Assembly (NCBI GenBank): GCA_044356725.1
Contig: JBIKVS010000010.1
Span: 1-38,152, forward strand
Length of the DNA stretch: 38,152 nucleotides
From: Minisyncoccia bacterium
GTDB lineage: Bacteria; Patescibacteriota; Minisyncoccia; SW-4-49-11
Direction: 5' to 3'
Part shown: positions 11,464-20,546 of the stretch, piece after piece
Layout: each line of letters begins with the position of its first letter
Numbering within the stretch: the first letter of the stretch is position 1
Made by a program: the position numbers and the translations under genes
The notes under the pieces: model-generated
Told to the model about the DNA's origin: nothing
Database searches by the model: none
The model's input: the letters and a program-made list of their open reading frames with translations, nothing else

Positions 11464-12468
11464 TTATATTAAAGGTTTTTGAGGAGGGGTCTTACCAAAA
11501 TATTCATAACATAAATTTGTCACCATTCTACCCTTAGGAGTCCTTTGTAAAAGACCTTGCCTCATTAAAAATGGCTCATAGATCTCCTCAATTGTGACTG
11601 TTTCCTCAGAAGTAGAAGCCGCCAAAGTTGACAGCCCAACTGGACCACCATTGAACACATTCATAATAGTCTCCAGGATTTTCCTATCCCCTGCCTCAAG
11701 CCCCTTATCATCTACATCTAAAAGCTCAAAAGTATCTCTTATAACCCTATTATCAATCACTCCATCATTATGAACCTCGGCATAATCTCTGACCCTCTTC
11801 AATAATCTATTAGCTACTCTAGGAGTATGACGACTTCTAGTTGATATATGTTGATATACTTCAGGAGACTCAGCTTTGACGCCTAATATTGTACTAGATC
11901 TTTTCAAAATATCTATAATATGATCCTGATTATAAAAGTCAAAACTATAAATATTACCAAAACGACTACGGAATGGACCAGATAAAGAGCCAAACTTAGT
12001 CGTAGCCCCAATCAAAGTAAATTTAGGTAAATCCAGTCTCAAAGTTCGAGCAGATGGCCCCTTACCTACAATTATATCCAAGACAAAATCCTCCATAGCT
12101 GAATATAAAATCTCTTCTAAAGTCTTAGATAATCTATGAATTTCATCAATAAACAAAATATCTCCTGCCTCTATATTGGTAAGTATTGAAGCTAAATCTC
12201 CAGCCTTTTCTAGAGCTGGTCCTGAAGTAACTTTCATATTAGAACCTAAATATTTAGCAATAAGATAGGCTAAACTAGTCTTGCCAAGCCCGGGAGGTCC
12301 ATAAAACAAAAGATGGTCTAAAGAATCTCCCCTTTTCTGAGCTGCCTGAATTGAAATAGAAAGATTTTTTTTAATCTGGTCTTGTCCAATATAATCATCA
12401 AAAGTCTGTGGCCTCAAACTCTGATCTATACTGCTATCTTCTTGTATTTCTTTTGATGATGTAATCAT
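11464..12468 (-). CDS. ruvB: Holliday junction branch migration helicase RuvB
   Basis: LRPQTFDDYIGQ, GPPGLGKT, FIDEIHRL and RTPKGR motifs. Confidence 0.98.
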   Translation of the reverse strand: MITSSKEIQEDSSIDQSLRPQTFDDYIGQDQIKKNLSISIQAAQKRGDSLDHLLFYGPPGLGKTSLAYLIAKYLGSNMKVTSGPALEKAGDLASILTNIEAGDILFIDEIHRLSKTLEEILYSAMEDFVLDIIVGKGPSARTLRLDLPKFTLIGATTKFGSLSGPFRSRFGNIYSFDFYNQDHIIDILKRSSTILGVKAESPEVYQHISTRSRHTPRVANRLLKRVRDYAEVHNDGVIDNRVIRDTFELLDVDDKGLEAGDRKILETIMNVFNGGPVGLSTLAASTSEETVTIEEIYEPFLMRQGLLQRTPKGRMVTNLCYEYFGKTPPQKPLI

Positions 12469-12550
12469 AGATTACTATAGTTATATAATCTAATTATATC
12501 ATATTTTGGTAGGTTTGTATAGAGTTGATATATCCACAAAACATATAATC

Positions 12551-13348
12551 TTATAATTTCATCTCATAGATATAAGGCCAGAGCTTACCGGTGATGAAAA
12601 AAGTATCTGTACTATCTCTATAGGCTATGCCATTGAATTCTGCTATATTTGGGTATTCTGCCAACAACTGGTTCACAACTGGACTTAAGTCTAATATACC
12701 TACTATATCTCCATTTTTGGGATTGATTTTGACAATTTTATTCGTCTGATAAATATTAGCATAGATAAATCCAGCTACATATTCCAGCTCATTGATATTA
12801 TATTGAGATTGACCTTGATACTTAACTGAGATTTGTTTTTTTATCTCAAAATTCTCTGGATTAAGATAAGTAATTTTATCTGTACCATCACTCATAATGA
12901 GATGAGCTTCATCATTAGTCATGCCCCAACCTTCCTTACTTGAAAACTGAAATTCTCTAATTTTCTCAAAAGTAGTTGCATTATATACAAAACCTTTTTG
13001 ATTTTTATAAGTCAATTGATAAATTTTGTCACCCAGGATTGTACTACCTTCACCAAAATATATCTCTCGGTCTAACTCTACTTTCACATCTATATCTCCT
13101 GTTTCTAAACTTAATATCCCGAAGACTGATTTTGTCTCTGGTAAATACCCTGGTGACCCTGTGCTTTCATACAGAATATCTTGACTAAAAAATAATCCTT
13201 GAGTATAAGAGTTAGTGCTATGTGGATATTTTGCTATAAGATTATATGAAATATTATTGTCTGTATTGGGTCTGATATAGCTTAAATATAACAAAATAAT
13301 AGATATACAAAATAATATTAGAGCAATAATTATTGATAGTTTTTTCAT
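12551..13348 (-). CDS. Glutaminyl-peptide cyclotransferase (beta-propeller type)
   Basis: YTQGL, YESTG, YFGEG, EGWG, NELEY, NGIAY and TGKLWP motifs; N-terminal signal anchor. Confidence 0.92.
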   Translation of the reverse strand: MKKLSIIIALILFCISIILLYLSYIRPNTDNNISYNLIAKYPHSTNSYTQGLFFSQDILYESTGSPGYLPETKSVFGILSLETGDIDVKVELDREIYFGEGSTILGDKIYQLTYKNQKGFVYNATTFEKIREFQFSSKEGWGMTNDEAHLIMSDGTDKITYLNPENFEIKKQISVKYQGQSQYNINELEYVAGFIYANIYQTNKIVKINPKNGDIVGILDLSPVVNQLLAEYPNIAEFNGIAYRDSTDTFFITGKLWPYIYEMKL

Positions 13349-13450
13349 ATATATTTATAGCTTATACTTATAAATATATCATAATTCTATAAAATATATA
13401 CAAAAATCAGAAATATGATAAAATATTTTAGTGAATTTAAGAAAATATAT

Positions 13451-14896
13451 ATGCCAACAAACAAATGCCAGCTGATTGTATATCCAAATAGTTTAGGGAA
13501 TAATCTGTCTGATTTAAACTATGCTTTAGAAACTTATTTTAGCGATATCATTGGAGGAGTTCATATTTTACCCTTTTATCCCTCTTCTGCAGATAGAGGT
13601 TTTTCTCCTATTACCTATGATACTGTGGATAGCCAATTTGGTTCTTGGCAGGATATTCATAAGATTGCTGACAAATTTGAAATTATGGTCGATTTTATGG
13701 CCAATCATATTTCCAAACAATCAATTTATTTTCAGGACTTCTTAGAAAAAGGTCATTCTTCCGAATATGCGGATATGTTCTTACCAACTACTAAGCTAGC
13801 TCCAGATGGAAATATATCTACCCAAGATATTGCAAAGATTTATACCCGTAAGCCCCGAGCACCATTTGTAGAAGTTGTAGCTAAAGACGGTACCAAACAT
13901 ATTGTATGGAGTACCTTTGAGGAAGAACAAATTGATGTAGACATATATTCTCCTGTAACTCGACGAGTTTTTGAATATTATTTAGATTTCTTATGCCAAC
14001 AAAATATAAAATATCTGCGAATTGATGCCTTTGCCTATGTGACAAAACAACTAGGAACCCATTCTTTTTTCTTAGAGCCTTATGTTTGGGAAGTATTAGA
14101 CTGGATTGAAAATAAAGTCTCTTCTTATGGAATAACCATATTACCCGAGATTCACGAACACTATTCTATCCAAAAATCTATTCAAGAAAAAGGATTTTGG
14201 GTATATGACTTTTCCTTACCGATGTTATGTCTAGAAGCTATTTTTCATAATAATGCCATTAATCTAAAGTACTGGTTAAGCATCTGCCCACGGAATCAAT
14301 TTACCACCCTAGACACTCACGACGGGATAGGAGTTGTAGATGTAGCAGATTTATTATCCGAAGAACAAATTCAAAAAACAGCTGAACAAATATCTATTAG
14401 AGGAGGCAATCTCAATGAAAGGTTTAGTAATAATGCCGAATACCAGAATGTAGATATATATCAGATTAACTGCACCTACTACTCCGCTTTAGGAGAGGAT
14501 GATAACTCTTATATAGTAGCCCGTACCATTCAAATATTTACCCCTGGAATTCCTCAGATATACTATGTTGGACTATTAGCAGGTAAAAATGATGTAGAAT
14601 TATTAGAACAGACAAAGGTCGGTCGAGATATTAATCGACATTTTTATACTTTAGATGAGATTAAAGAAAATATCCAAAAACCTGTAGTCCAAAGATTATT
14701 CAATTTGATGAAATTTAGAAATAATTGTGAAGCCTTCTTGGGAGAATTAACTATTTTAGAATCCGAAAATGATATTCTACACCTTAGATGGGATTATAAT
14801 GATATCTATGCCATTGCTTATATTGATTTGACCAATTATATTGCTCAAATTGAACATAATAACCCTCAGGGAGAAGTTGTATATTTTAATGCCTAA
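13451..14896 (+). CDS. gtfA: Sucrose phosphorylase (GH13_18)
   Basis: VHILPFYPSSADRGFSP, RIDAFAY (nucleophile), LPEIHEH (acid/base), THDGIG, DIYQINCTYYSAL and GRDINRH motifs. Start chosen at 13451. Confidence 0.9.
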   Translation: MPTNKCQLIVYPNSLGNNLSDLNYALETYFSDIIGGVHILPFYPSSADRGFSPITYDTVDSQFGSWQDIHKIADKFEIMVDFMANHISKQSIYFQDFLEKGHSSEYADMFLPTTKLAPDGNISTQDIAKIYTRKPRAPFVEVVAKDGTKHIVWSTFEEEQIDVDIYSPVTRRVFEYYLDFLCQQNIKYLRIDAFAYVTKQLGTHSFFLEPYVWEVLDWIENKVSSYGITILPEIHEHYSIQKSIQEKGFWVYDFSLPMLCLEAIFHNNAINLKYWLSICPRNQFTTLDTHDGIGVVDVADLLSEEQIQKTAEQISIRGGNLNERFSNNAEYQNVDIYQINCTYYSALGEDDNSYIVARTIQIFTPGIPQIYYVGLLAGKNDVELLEQTKVGRDINRHFYTLDEIKENIQKPVVQRLFNLMKFRNNCEAFLGELTILESENDILHLRWDYNDIYAIAYIDLTNYIAQIEHNNPQGEVVYFNA

Positions 14897-14951
14897 AGTA
14901 TAGGTTTTATATATTTCATTGTACAAAAATTTAATAATTTGATATTTATTA

Positions 14952-14995
14952 TGTCCTCCCTTGGGGGAGGTGTCACGAAGTGACGGAGGAGGACA
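14952..14995. repeat. REP-like multi-hairpin repeat (GGAGGTGTCACGAAGTGACGGAGG family)
   Basis: Closed by TGTCCTCC...GGAGGACA; related copies at 15397-15457 and 25602-25645. Confidence 0.7.
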
Positions 14996-15034
14996 ATATA
15001 TCTATATTAGATTAAAAATAATTAATTTTAATTG

Positions 15035-15105
15035 TTCGAATGCAGGGACTCGAACCCCAATTGCTGGTGCCAGAAACCAGCGTCCTACCGTTAGACGACA
15101 TTCGA
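15035..15105 (-). tRNA. tRNA-Gln(CUG), CCA not encoded
   Basis: Acceptor TCGAATG/CATTCGA, anticodon arm CTGGT-TTCTGGC-ACCAG, T arm GGTTCGAGTCC. Upstream promoter TTGAAT-17-TATAAT. Confidence 0.93.
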
Positions 15106-15200
15106 TTTACATTGTTTATTATACATTATATATGTCAAGTATTCAAGGAGTGAGACGGGGGTGAAAAAAATGAAATTATGAATGATAAATTACGAATTTT

Positions 15201-15457
15201 GTAGGGGCGACCTTTAAGTCGCCTGTTTTTGTCCTCCCTCCCCTGTCGCAAATAGGATTTGCTCCTGTGAAACCTCACGGTTTCCCAACCTTCCTCCACG
15301 GAAAAACTACCGTTTTCCCGACCCCTTTCCCAGACTTGCAGTCTAACTACGGGTACTCCCACTCCCTCCTAAGGGAGACAAAAATACCAACCAACTGTCC
15401 TCCTTTCTACCTACGGCAGATAAATGGAGGAGGTGGCACGAAGTGCGGGTGGTGGAC
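15201..15457. repeat. Composite REP-like array including copy A of a ~155-bp multi-hairpin element (15228-15382)
   Basis: GTAG REP at 15201; 15228-15382 aligns with 25692-25845; a further CACGAAGTG-type repeat at 15397-15457. Confidence 0.85.
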
Positions 15458-15504
15458 TAGTCTAAAAATTACATTCAAGAGGGGCATTTTTGAATTTCAT
15501 ACTT

Positions 15505-17118
15505 TTATTTTAATCTTATTTTTTCAAAATAATTGTTTAATTCTTTATAAAACTCGCCATTTACTGCTAAATCTTTTACAAGCTCTCCTTCATAATCATC
15601 GAACTTCATCATAGCTGCACTGGTGTCTACATCAAAAATTTCACTTGGTTTTACAGCTGGTTTGGTATCTGAGATTCCATCCCAAGAATTTATACTAAAT
15701 ATTCTAGTAAGCCCAATATCCCAAGTAGGATCTAAGATAATCCATTTATTATTTATCAAGACCTCTAGCCAAACATGTTCTGCATTATCATTATGTTCGG
15801 CTTTCATTACCTCCTCTGGAATATTTAACTGACTCCATAAAAATGTACATATTCTATATCTACATTCTAAACCTTCTGATTCTAATAGATTTTTGAGTAG
15901 TTCAACTTTATACAGACAACTCCCCCCATACTCACCTTCTGTCTCATCTAAGGCTAAGGGTATTCTATAAGGTATATCTCGAATTTGATTAAAAATTTCT
16001 ATTAAATTATTTATTTTCATAATTACCAAACCCTCTGGGTCAAGATATAATCTGCCTATTTTATAATCCGCATAGCCTTCTGGTCTGTTATTATTAACCG
16101 CATATTTACCTTCTGGAGGATTGGGTATGCTATGCACAGTTTTGAATTGATTATATAACATCACAGTTCTATCGGCATTATAATGCTCATGATAATAACT
16201 TGCTGGACCTTTTATCTGATGATGTACGAAGACTTCCCAATTAATTTGCTCAGTTATAAATTCTATATATGGACCATGATCCCCATAGACTACTCTCTCA
16301 TAGCCTATAGCTAAAATTTTTCCATTTTTATCATAAAATACAAATTCATTTGACCCTTTTTCTGGTAAATTATATTCTTTTTCTATTCTCTGACGGTCTC
16401 GCTCACGATTCGGACTATTGACTGTGGAATAGAATTCACTAGGCTTAGGTGTGGCTATAGGTAAATCCATCCCAACCGCCTGCCAAGACTGATTTAATAG
16501 TTTGTCAAATTCTGCTTTAGATGTATTCTCCAGCTCGATGTAGAATTTGTGTGGATTTGGAGTGTTTTCTTGAATATTATCTTGTACATTAAACTTGGGG
16601 TTCATCCTTAAAATAACATCTTTACGGTTTGGATATTCCTTCATTCCATCATTTGTAAACCCAAAGGAAGTATATAGATTTATAACATATTGATTCCAAA
16701 CTGCTGAGTTATTTTGAATACTATAATTAACAGATCCTTTTAGATGGTAAAATTTTATATTAAGTTCTAACCATAGTTTCAATAACTGTTTGGCAATACC
16801 TTGCCTTCTATAATTTGATTTTACAGCTAATTCAGATATATATATAGTATTTTGGGGATAGAGATTATTATTTTCTGATTGCCTTTCATAGGCTATAATT
16901 ATAGCTATTGGTGTTTTATTATCAAAAACTATAAGACTATGCTCCCATTTCCCATAGAATATTCTATCTTTTTTATAATCTGCTAAAATATCTTGCTCTT
17001 TATATTCAACTAAAGGAATATCATTGACTAAATTAGTTATTTGTTTACTATATATTTTAGCTATATCTTTATCTAATTTATATACAATGTATTTTCCAAT
17101 TTGTCCAACTTCTTTCAT
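15505..17118 (-). CDS. Three-domain fusion: GNAT acetyltransferase + uncharacterised domain + transglutaminase-like domain
   Basis: LAVKSNYRRQGIA..LY.SFGF (GNAT); central GYERVVYGDHGPYIEF...GYADYKIG; C-terminal Cys (SCLYK), His (EHVWLEV), Asp (LDPTWD) pattern. Confidence 0.75.
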   Translation of the reverse strand: MKEVGQIGKYIVYKLDKDIAKIYSKQITNLVNDIPLVEYKEQDILADYKKDRIFYGKWEHSLIVFDNKTPIAIIIAYERQSENNNLYPQNTIYISELAVKSNYRRQGIAKQLLKLWLELNIKFYHLKGSVNYSIQNNSAVWNQYVINLYTSFGFTNDGMKEYPNRKDVILRMNPKFNVQDNIQENTPNPHKFYIELENTSKAEFDKLLNQSWQAVGMDLPIATPKPSEFYSTVNSPNRERDRQRIEKEYNLPEKGSNEFVFYDKNGKILAIGYERVVYGDHGPYIEFITEQINWEVFVHHQIKGPASYYHEHYNADRTVMLYNQFKTVHSIPNPPEGKYAVNNNRPEGYADYKIGRLYLDPEGLVIMKINNLIEIFNQIRDIPYRIPLALDETEGEYGGSCLYKVELLKNLLESEGLECRYRICTFLWSQLNIPEEVMKAEHNDNAEHVWLEVLINNKWIILDPTWDIGLTRIFSINSWDGISDTKPAVKPSEIFDVDTSAAMMKFDDYEGELVKDLAVNGEFYKELNNYFEKIRLK

Positions 17119-17232
17119 ACAATATAATTATTTCATATAATATAGCATATTTTAGATAAAAGAATAAATGGTTATTATATTTTGTAAACTACTATAGTAT
17201 TGATTTCATACTTGGATATCGCTTACAGGCTT

Positions 17233-17826
17233 TTAGCTGGTCGTTGTTTTATTATCTGCTTTTGCTTCATCTTTACTAATTGAAGTCCAATTTACACTAA
17301 AGGCTAAAATAAGTTTCATTGAATATAAAAGTATTACTATTTGGAGCAAATTGTCGGAATAATTTAATATTGGAGTTAGAATTATACACAAAAGTAAAAG
17401 TGTCACAGCAATTATTCTTTGGGTATACTGATTTTTTAAATTCAAAACAATTATTGAGCTTGTCAAAGTCAATAATGATATGCCCATTATAGCTAATGAA
17501 TCACTTGGATAAATCCAAATTAGAATTAAAGGCTGTAAAATATGAAAGAAAATAAACAAGTATCTCTTTCTTAATGACTCAAAATAATAATTGTTTGCTC
17601 CTGTCGTAAAGTTTGCAACAACACCTCCCCCAATGTCGAGAGCCAAGATGGTGAGGATAATTTTTTTAATTGTTGATATGTCTACATTCCATTTCAGTAT
17701 CATTGTCAGTGTTGCAAATGAAACAGAGCAGATAATTATTGCCAACAAATCAAATCTTGTTGTTTCTCGACCGAAAAGTTCAACTAGAAACTTATTTACT
17801 TGAATTTTCTTATTTTGCATATTCAT
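17233..17826 (-). CDS. Multi-pass membrane protein, hypothetical (cassette-like gene)
   Basis: 197 aa with about 6 TM segments and a DIGGGVVANFT motif. Confidence 0.8.
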   Translation of the reverse strand: MNMQNKKIQVNKFLVELFGRETTRFDLLAIIICSVSFATLTMILKWNVDISTIKKIILTILALDIGGGVVANFTTGANNYYFESLRKRYLFIFFHILQPLILIWIYPSDSLAIMGISLLTLTSSIIVLNLKNQYTQRIIAVTLLLLCIILTPILNYSDNLLQIVILLYSMKLILAFSVNWTSISKDEAKADNKTTTS

Positions 17827-17844
17827 TATTTTATTGTCTTTTTA

Positions 17845-17872
17845 CAGTAACCACATACGCAGTGTTAGCTGA
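17845..17872 (-). other. Collapsed attC-like site (R'' box joined almost directly to next R'-like box)
   Basis: Minus strand TCAGCTAAC-ACTGCGTATGTG-GTTACTG; AGCTAAC is complementary to the GTTAGCT core at the 5' end of the same cassette (18519-18525). Confidence 0.55.
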
Positions 17873-17921
17873 TGTAATGTAGATTTTTCTTTTGGCGACA
17901 GCCAAACAAATAAAAGAGCAA

Positions 17922-18455
17922 TTATTTTTCGTCGTTTTTTGGAATCCAATAATCTCTAAATGTCCATGTTGTTCCTCTGGCCGTTGTTTTCTCATATTCT
18001 CTATGGACTTTACCACCAAGTGACTCTGCTAATTTACAACTTGATTTATTCGCAACCGCACAAGGCCAGAGGATATGACCATATTCAAGATGCTCTTCAG
18101 CCCATTGCTTAAGAGCTGCTGCGGCTTCTCTGCCATAACCGTGACCATGAGCAGATTTTTTTAGCCATCCACCCATTTCAGGATTTTCTTCTTGGAGATC
18201 TTCCAGAGCCATACAGCCAATAAACTCTCCAGTTTCTTTTAGCAAAATAGCCATGAATAACTGCACGCCTTCTTTCATTTCAGTTTCACGATTTTTCATC
18301 CGTCCTTTTAAAATTTCTAGACTTTCTGGCGGGCCATAGTTCATATATTTAATGACTGGATCACGATATTCTAAAAAAATATTCTCCGCAAAATCTACAT
18401 TTCCAGACACTAATAGCAGTCGCTCTGATTCTATTTTTACTTTGCTTAAATTCAT
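17922..18455 (-). CDS. GNAT N-acetyltransferase, RimJ/RimL family (cassette gene)
   Basis: IESERLLL, GEFIGC, HGHGYGREAA and N..S.KLAESLG motifs. Confidence 0.9.
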   Translation of the reverse strand: MNLSKVKIESERLLLVSGNVDFAENIFLEYRDPVIKYMNYGPPESLEILKGRMKNRETEMKEGVQLFMAILLKETGEFIGCMALEDLQEENPEMGGWLKKSAHGHGYGREAAAALKQWAEEHLEYGHILWPCAVANKSSCKLAESLGGKVHREYEKTTARGTTWTFRDYWIPKNDEK

Positions 18456-18521
18456 ACTAAAAAAATAATTGCTCTTTTATTTTATGTCCGAAGGAGCAAG
18501 AAAGATATAAGTTATCTCAGC

Positions 18522-18659
18522 TAACACAAATTTTTGCGAAGTTCGACTATTAATCGCAAATTAAATGTATTTATATAATATCATTTTTAATTATTTTATA
18601 CCAGTGTATATAAATTATATATAAATATATGATTAGGAATTTTTTAATTTCATATTTTA
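18522..18659 (-). repeat. 138-bp direct repeat copy 1; attI-like site ending at a GTT core
   Basis: Aligns without gaps to 19886-20023 with about 11 mismatches by hand count; similarity stops at GTGTTA|G. Confidence 0.85.
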
Positions 18660-18701
18660 CTACTATGTACTTACAATATTATAACATATTTTAACTTCCC
18701 A

Positions 18702-18739
18702 AAACAAAAAAGTCCTTGCAATGATCTACTTTCCCCACT
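18702..18739 (-). repeat. Perfect 38-bp duplicate of 5S rRNA 3' end plus trailing T tract (att-like)
   Basis: aaacaaaaaagtccttgcaatgatctactttccccact is identical to 20538-20575. Confidence 0.92.
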
Positions 18740-18751
18740 TTTTCAAAAATT

Positions 18752-19147
18752 TTAATATCTATCCTTAATATATTTAAGAACTTCTATATCGTGGTCAATA
18801 ATTTTTAGCCCATCAATTTCTGAAAGATGAAACCAACCAAGATTTTGACCTTCACATAAAGTGAGTTTTTTACTAGGATCATATTCTTCCATAAAAATAT
18901 GTTTTTCGTTAGTTTCGTTTTTCCACAAAAAATCTTGCTTTAATATTAATCTCGGGTTTTGGAGAGTGTAATTCAACTCTTCAAGTGTTTCTCTCCTAAC
19001 GGCTTTTTCAGGAGTTTCACCAGCTTCAATACCTCCACCGAAAAAAGCCCAATATCCTGGTAAGTTTTTTGCATCCTCAGTACGATGCTGAAGCAATATT
19101 TTTTTGTCTTTATCATACAATATGATAATAGCTAAGTTTCTTGCCAT
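18752..19147 (-). CDS. NUDIX hydrolase
   Basis: Nudix box [22 protein letters not shown]. Confidence 0.93.
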   Translation of the reverse strand: MARNLAIIILYDKDKKILLQHRTEDAKNLPGYWAFFGGGIEAGETPEKAVRRETLEELNYTLQNPRLILKQDFLWKNETNEKHIFMEEYDPSKKLTLCEGQNLGWFHLSEIDGLKIIDHDIEVLKYIKDRY

Positions 19148-19193
19148 ATAGAAATTCTTAAATTTAAACTTAAATTTTACTTGATGGGCAGAT

Positions 19194-19259
19194 CACATAA
19201 AAAGTATACAAGAAAAAAGAAGCTTTTGGAAGTATATTTTGTATAGTTGCTGTTATGTG
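19194..19259 (-). other. Degenerate attC-like site
   Basis: Minus strand CACATAAC-AGCAAC-TATACAA...TTGTATA-CTTT-TTATGTG; the gene stop codon lies inside ACATAAC, which is complementary to GTTATGT at 19883-19889. Confidence 0.6.
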
Positions 19260-19837
19260 CTGGGCGGTGTTTCCATGATATTTATACCTTTTGATTTTAA
19301 ATAAATGTAAAAATCAGAATAATTTACAATATCATTTTCAAGAACAGCTTCATATATATCAGTACTATAAAATTCTTTTCGATAATTTATTTGCTTATAA
19401 CATTTAGATTTAATATCAAGAATTATTTCCCTATTGGATTTATTTAGTAAATTGCATATTTTAGAGGTATATGAATTTAATTTTTCGAATTCATTTTCAT
19501 TGATATACCAAATATCAATTTTCCATTTATTATTATAAGAATCTTTAAGATAAATTCCCCAGTATAAACCAACAGGTAAATGCTTTGCTTTTAATAAGTA
19601 TTCATTTCTCCAATGCATTTTCGAAGGAGTAAAATGGGATTCAATTTGTTTCCCTAATTCGAAAAATTGTTGTCTGGATATTTCATTATTTACAAGATAA
19701 ATATCTAAATCTCTCCATGTCATCAGATTGAGTTTATAGCTACCATGCAGATTTACAACACCATATTTTTCGAGAATATTGTGTAATTTATTATGGTATA
19801 GAATATTGTCGGCTTCACTTTTTAAAATATCATTCAT
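19253..19837 (-). CDS. Pol-beta-like nucleotidyltransferase-fold protein (cassette gene)
   Basis: hGSY..nLMtwrDLDI motif and a later WKIDIW strand. Confidence 0.7.
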   Translation of the reverse strand: MNDILKSEADNILYHNKLHNILEKYGVVNLHGSYKLNLMTWRDLDIYLVNNEISRQQFFELGKQIESHFTPSKMHWRNEYLLKAKHLPVGLYWGIYLKDSYNNKWKIDIWYINENEFEKLNSYTSKICNLLNKSNREIILDIKSKCYKQINYRKEFYSTDIYEAVLENDIVNYSDFYIYLKSKGINIMETPPST

Positions 19838-19885
19838 AAAAATAATCCATAAATTATTGAATCCGTTTCAAAGCTGTCTTGTACA

Positions 19886-20023
19886 TAACACTAATTTTTG
19901 CGAAGTTCGACTATTAATCGCAAATTAAATGTAGTTATATAATATCATTTTTAATTATTTTATTCTAGTATGTATAAATTATGCATAAATATATGATTAC
20001 GAAGTTTTTAATTTCATACTTTA
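19886..20023 (-). repeat. 138-bp direct repeat copy 2; attI-like site ending at a GTT core
   Basis: See copy 1; ends GTGTTA|TGT. Confidence 0.85.
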
Positions 20024-20097
20024 ACATAATTATTATATTTAATTATATCGTATAATTTTATATACCCCATAATAATACATAAGTTTGTAAATATATA

Positions 20098-20126
20098 TTG
20101 ACATTTTTAATATTTTATGGTATAAT
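20098..20126 (+). promoter_or_regulatory. Consensus sigma70 promoter of orphan gene
   Basis: TTGACA-17 nt (ending TGG)-TATAAT, perfect consensus. Confidence 0.85.
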
Positions 20127-20153
20127 GACTTTTGTAAATTTGAGGAAACTCTA

Positions 20154-20477
20154 GTGCTTTTATCAGAACAACCTGAATACCACGAAATGATTCGGGGTAT
20201 TCTCGAAGATGGTCCGCTCTCACCGAGAAGACTACTCGAAAAAGTTATTTTGGATACCAGTGGATGCAATCCCAACAGTGAATTTGGTATCCAACATGCT
20301 CTAGAATGCTTTCTGGGATTCTCGATTCCAGAAGGTGAAGAGGAAGGATTTGTATTCCTCCAGGGAGATTTGGTAAGAGCAACCACAATTAGTTATGACA
20401 TCCTTCTCAAGGATAGTCAGTCTATATGGAATGATATTTGCGACATTCCAGACGTAGAAATACCACATCAGACTTGA
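20154..20477 (+). CDS. Hypothetical acidic protein (orphan module)
   Basis: GTG start with GAGGA SD, own promoter and terminator; 107 aa. Confidence 0.7.
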   Translation: MLLSEQPEYHEMIRGILEDGPLSPRRLLEKVILDTSGCNPNSEFGIQHALECFLGFSIPEGEEEGFVFLQGDLVRATTISYDILLKDSQSIWNDICDIPDVEIPHQT

Positions 20478-20503
20478 TACTTCACCACTCTCCAAGCATT
20501 CCC

Positions 20504-20535
20504 ACCTCAGTCAGCAATGGCTGGGGTCTTTTTTT
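20504..20535 (+). terminator. Intrinsic terminator
   Basis: ACCTCAGTCA-GCAA-TGGCTGGGGT followed by C and a T7 tract. Confidence 0.8.
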
Positions 20536-20546
20536 ATAAACAAAAA

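Noticed and set aside
14952-15457. Possible CRISPR array
   Set aside because: Repeats are palindromic, divergent and irregularly spaced, with no repeat-spacer periodicity and no cas genes.
14961-15614. ORFs 14961..15164, 15135..15362 and 15267..15614
   Set aside because: They overlap the tRNA and GC-rich repeat elements; open frames arise from repeat composition.
18522-20023. 138-bp repeat pair as DGR template/variable repeats
   Set aside because: Both copies are non-coding, mismatches are not confined to adenines of one copy, and no reverse transcriptase is present.
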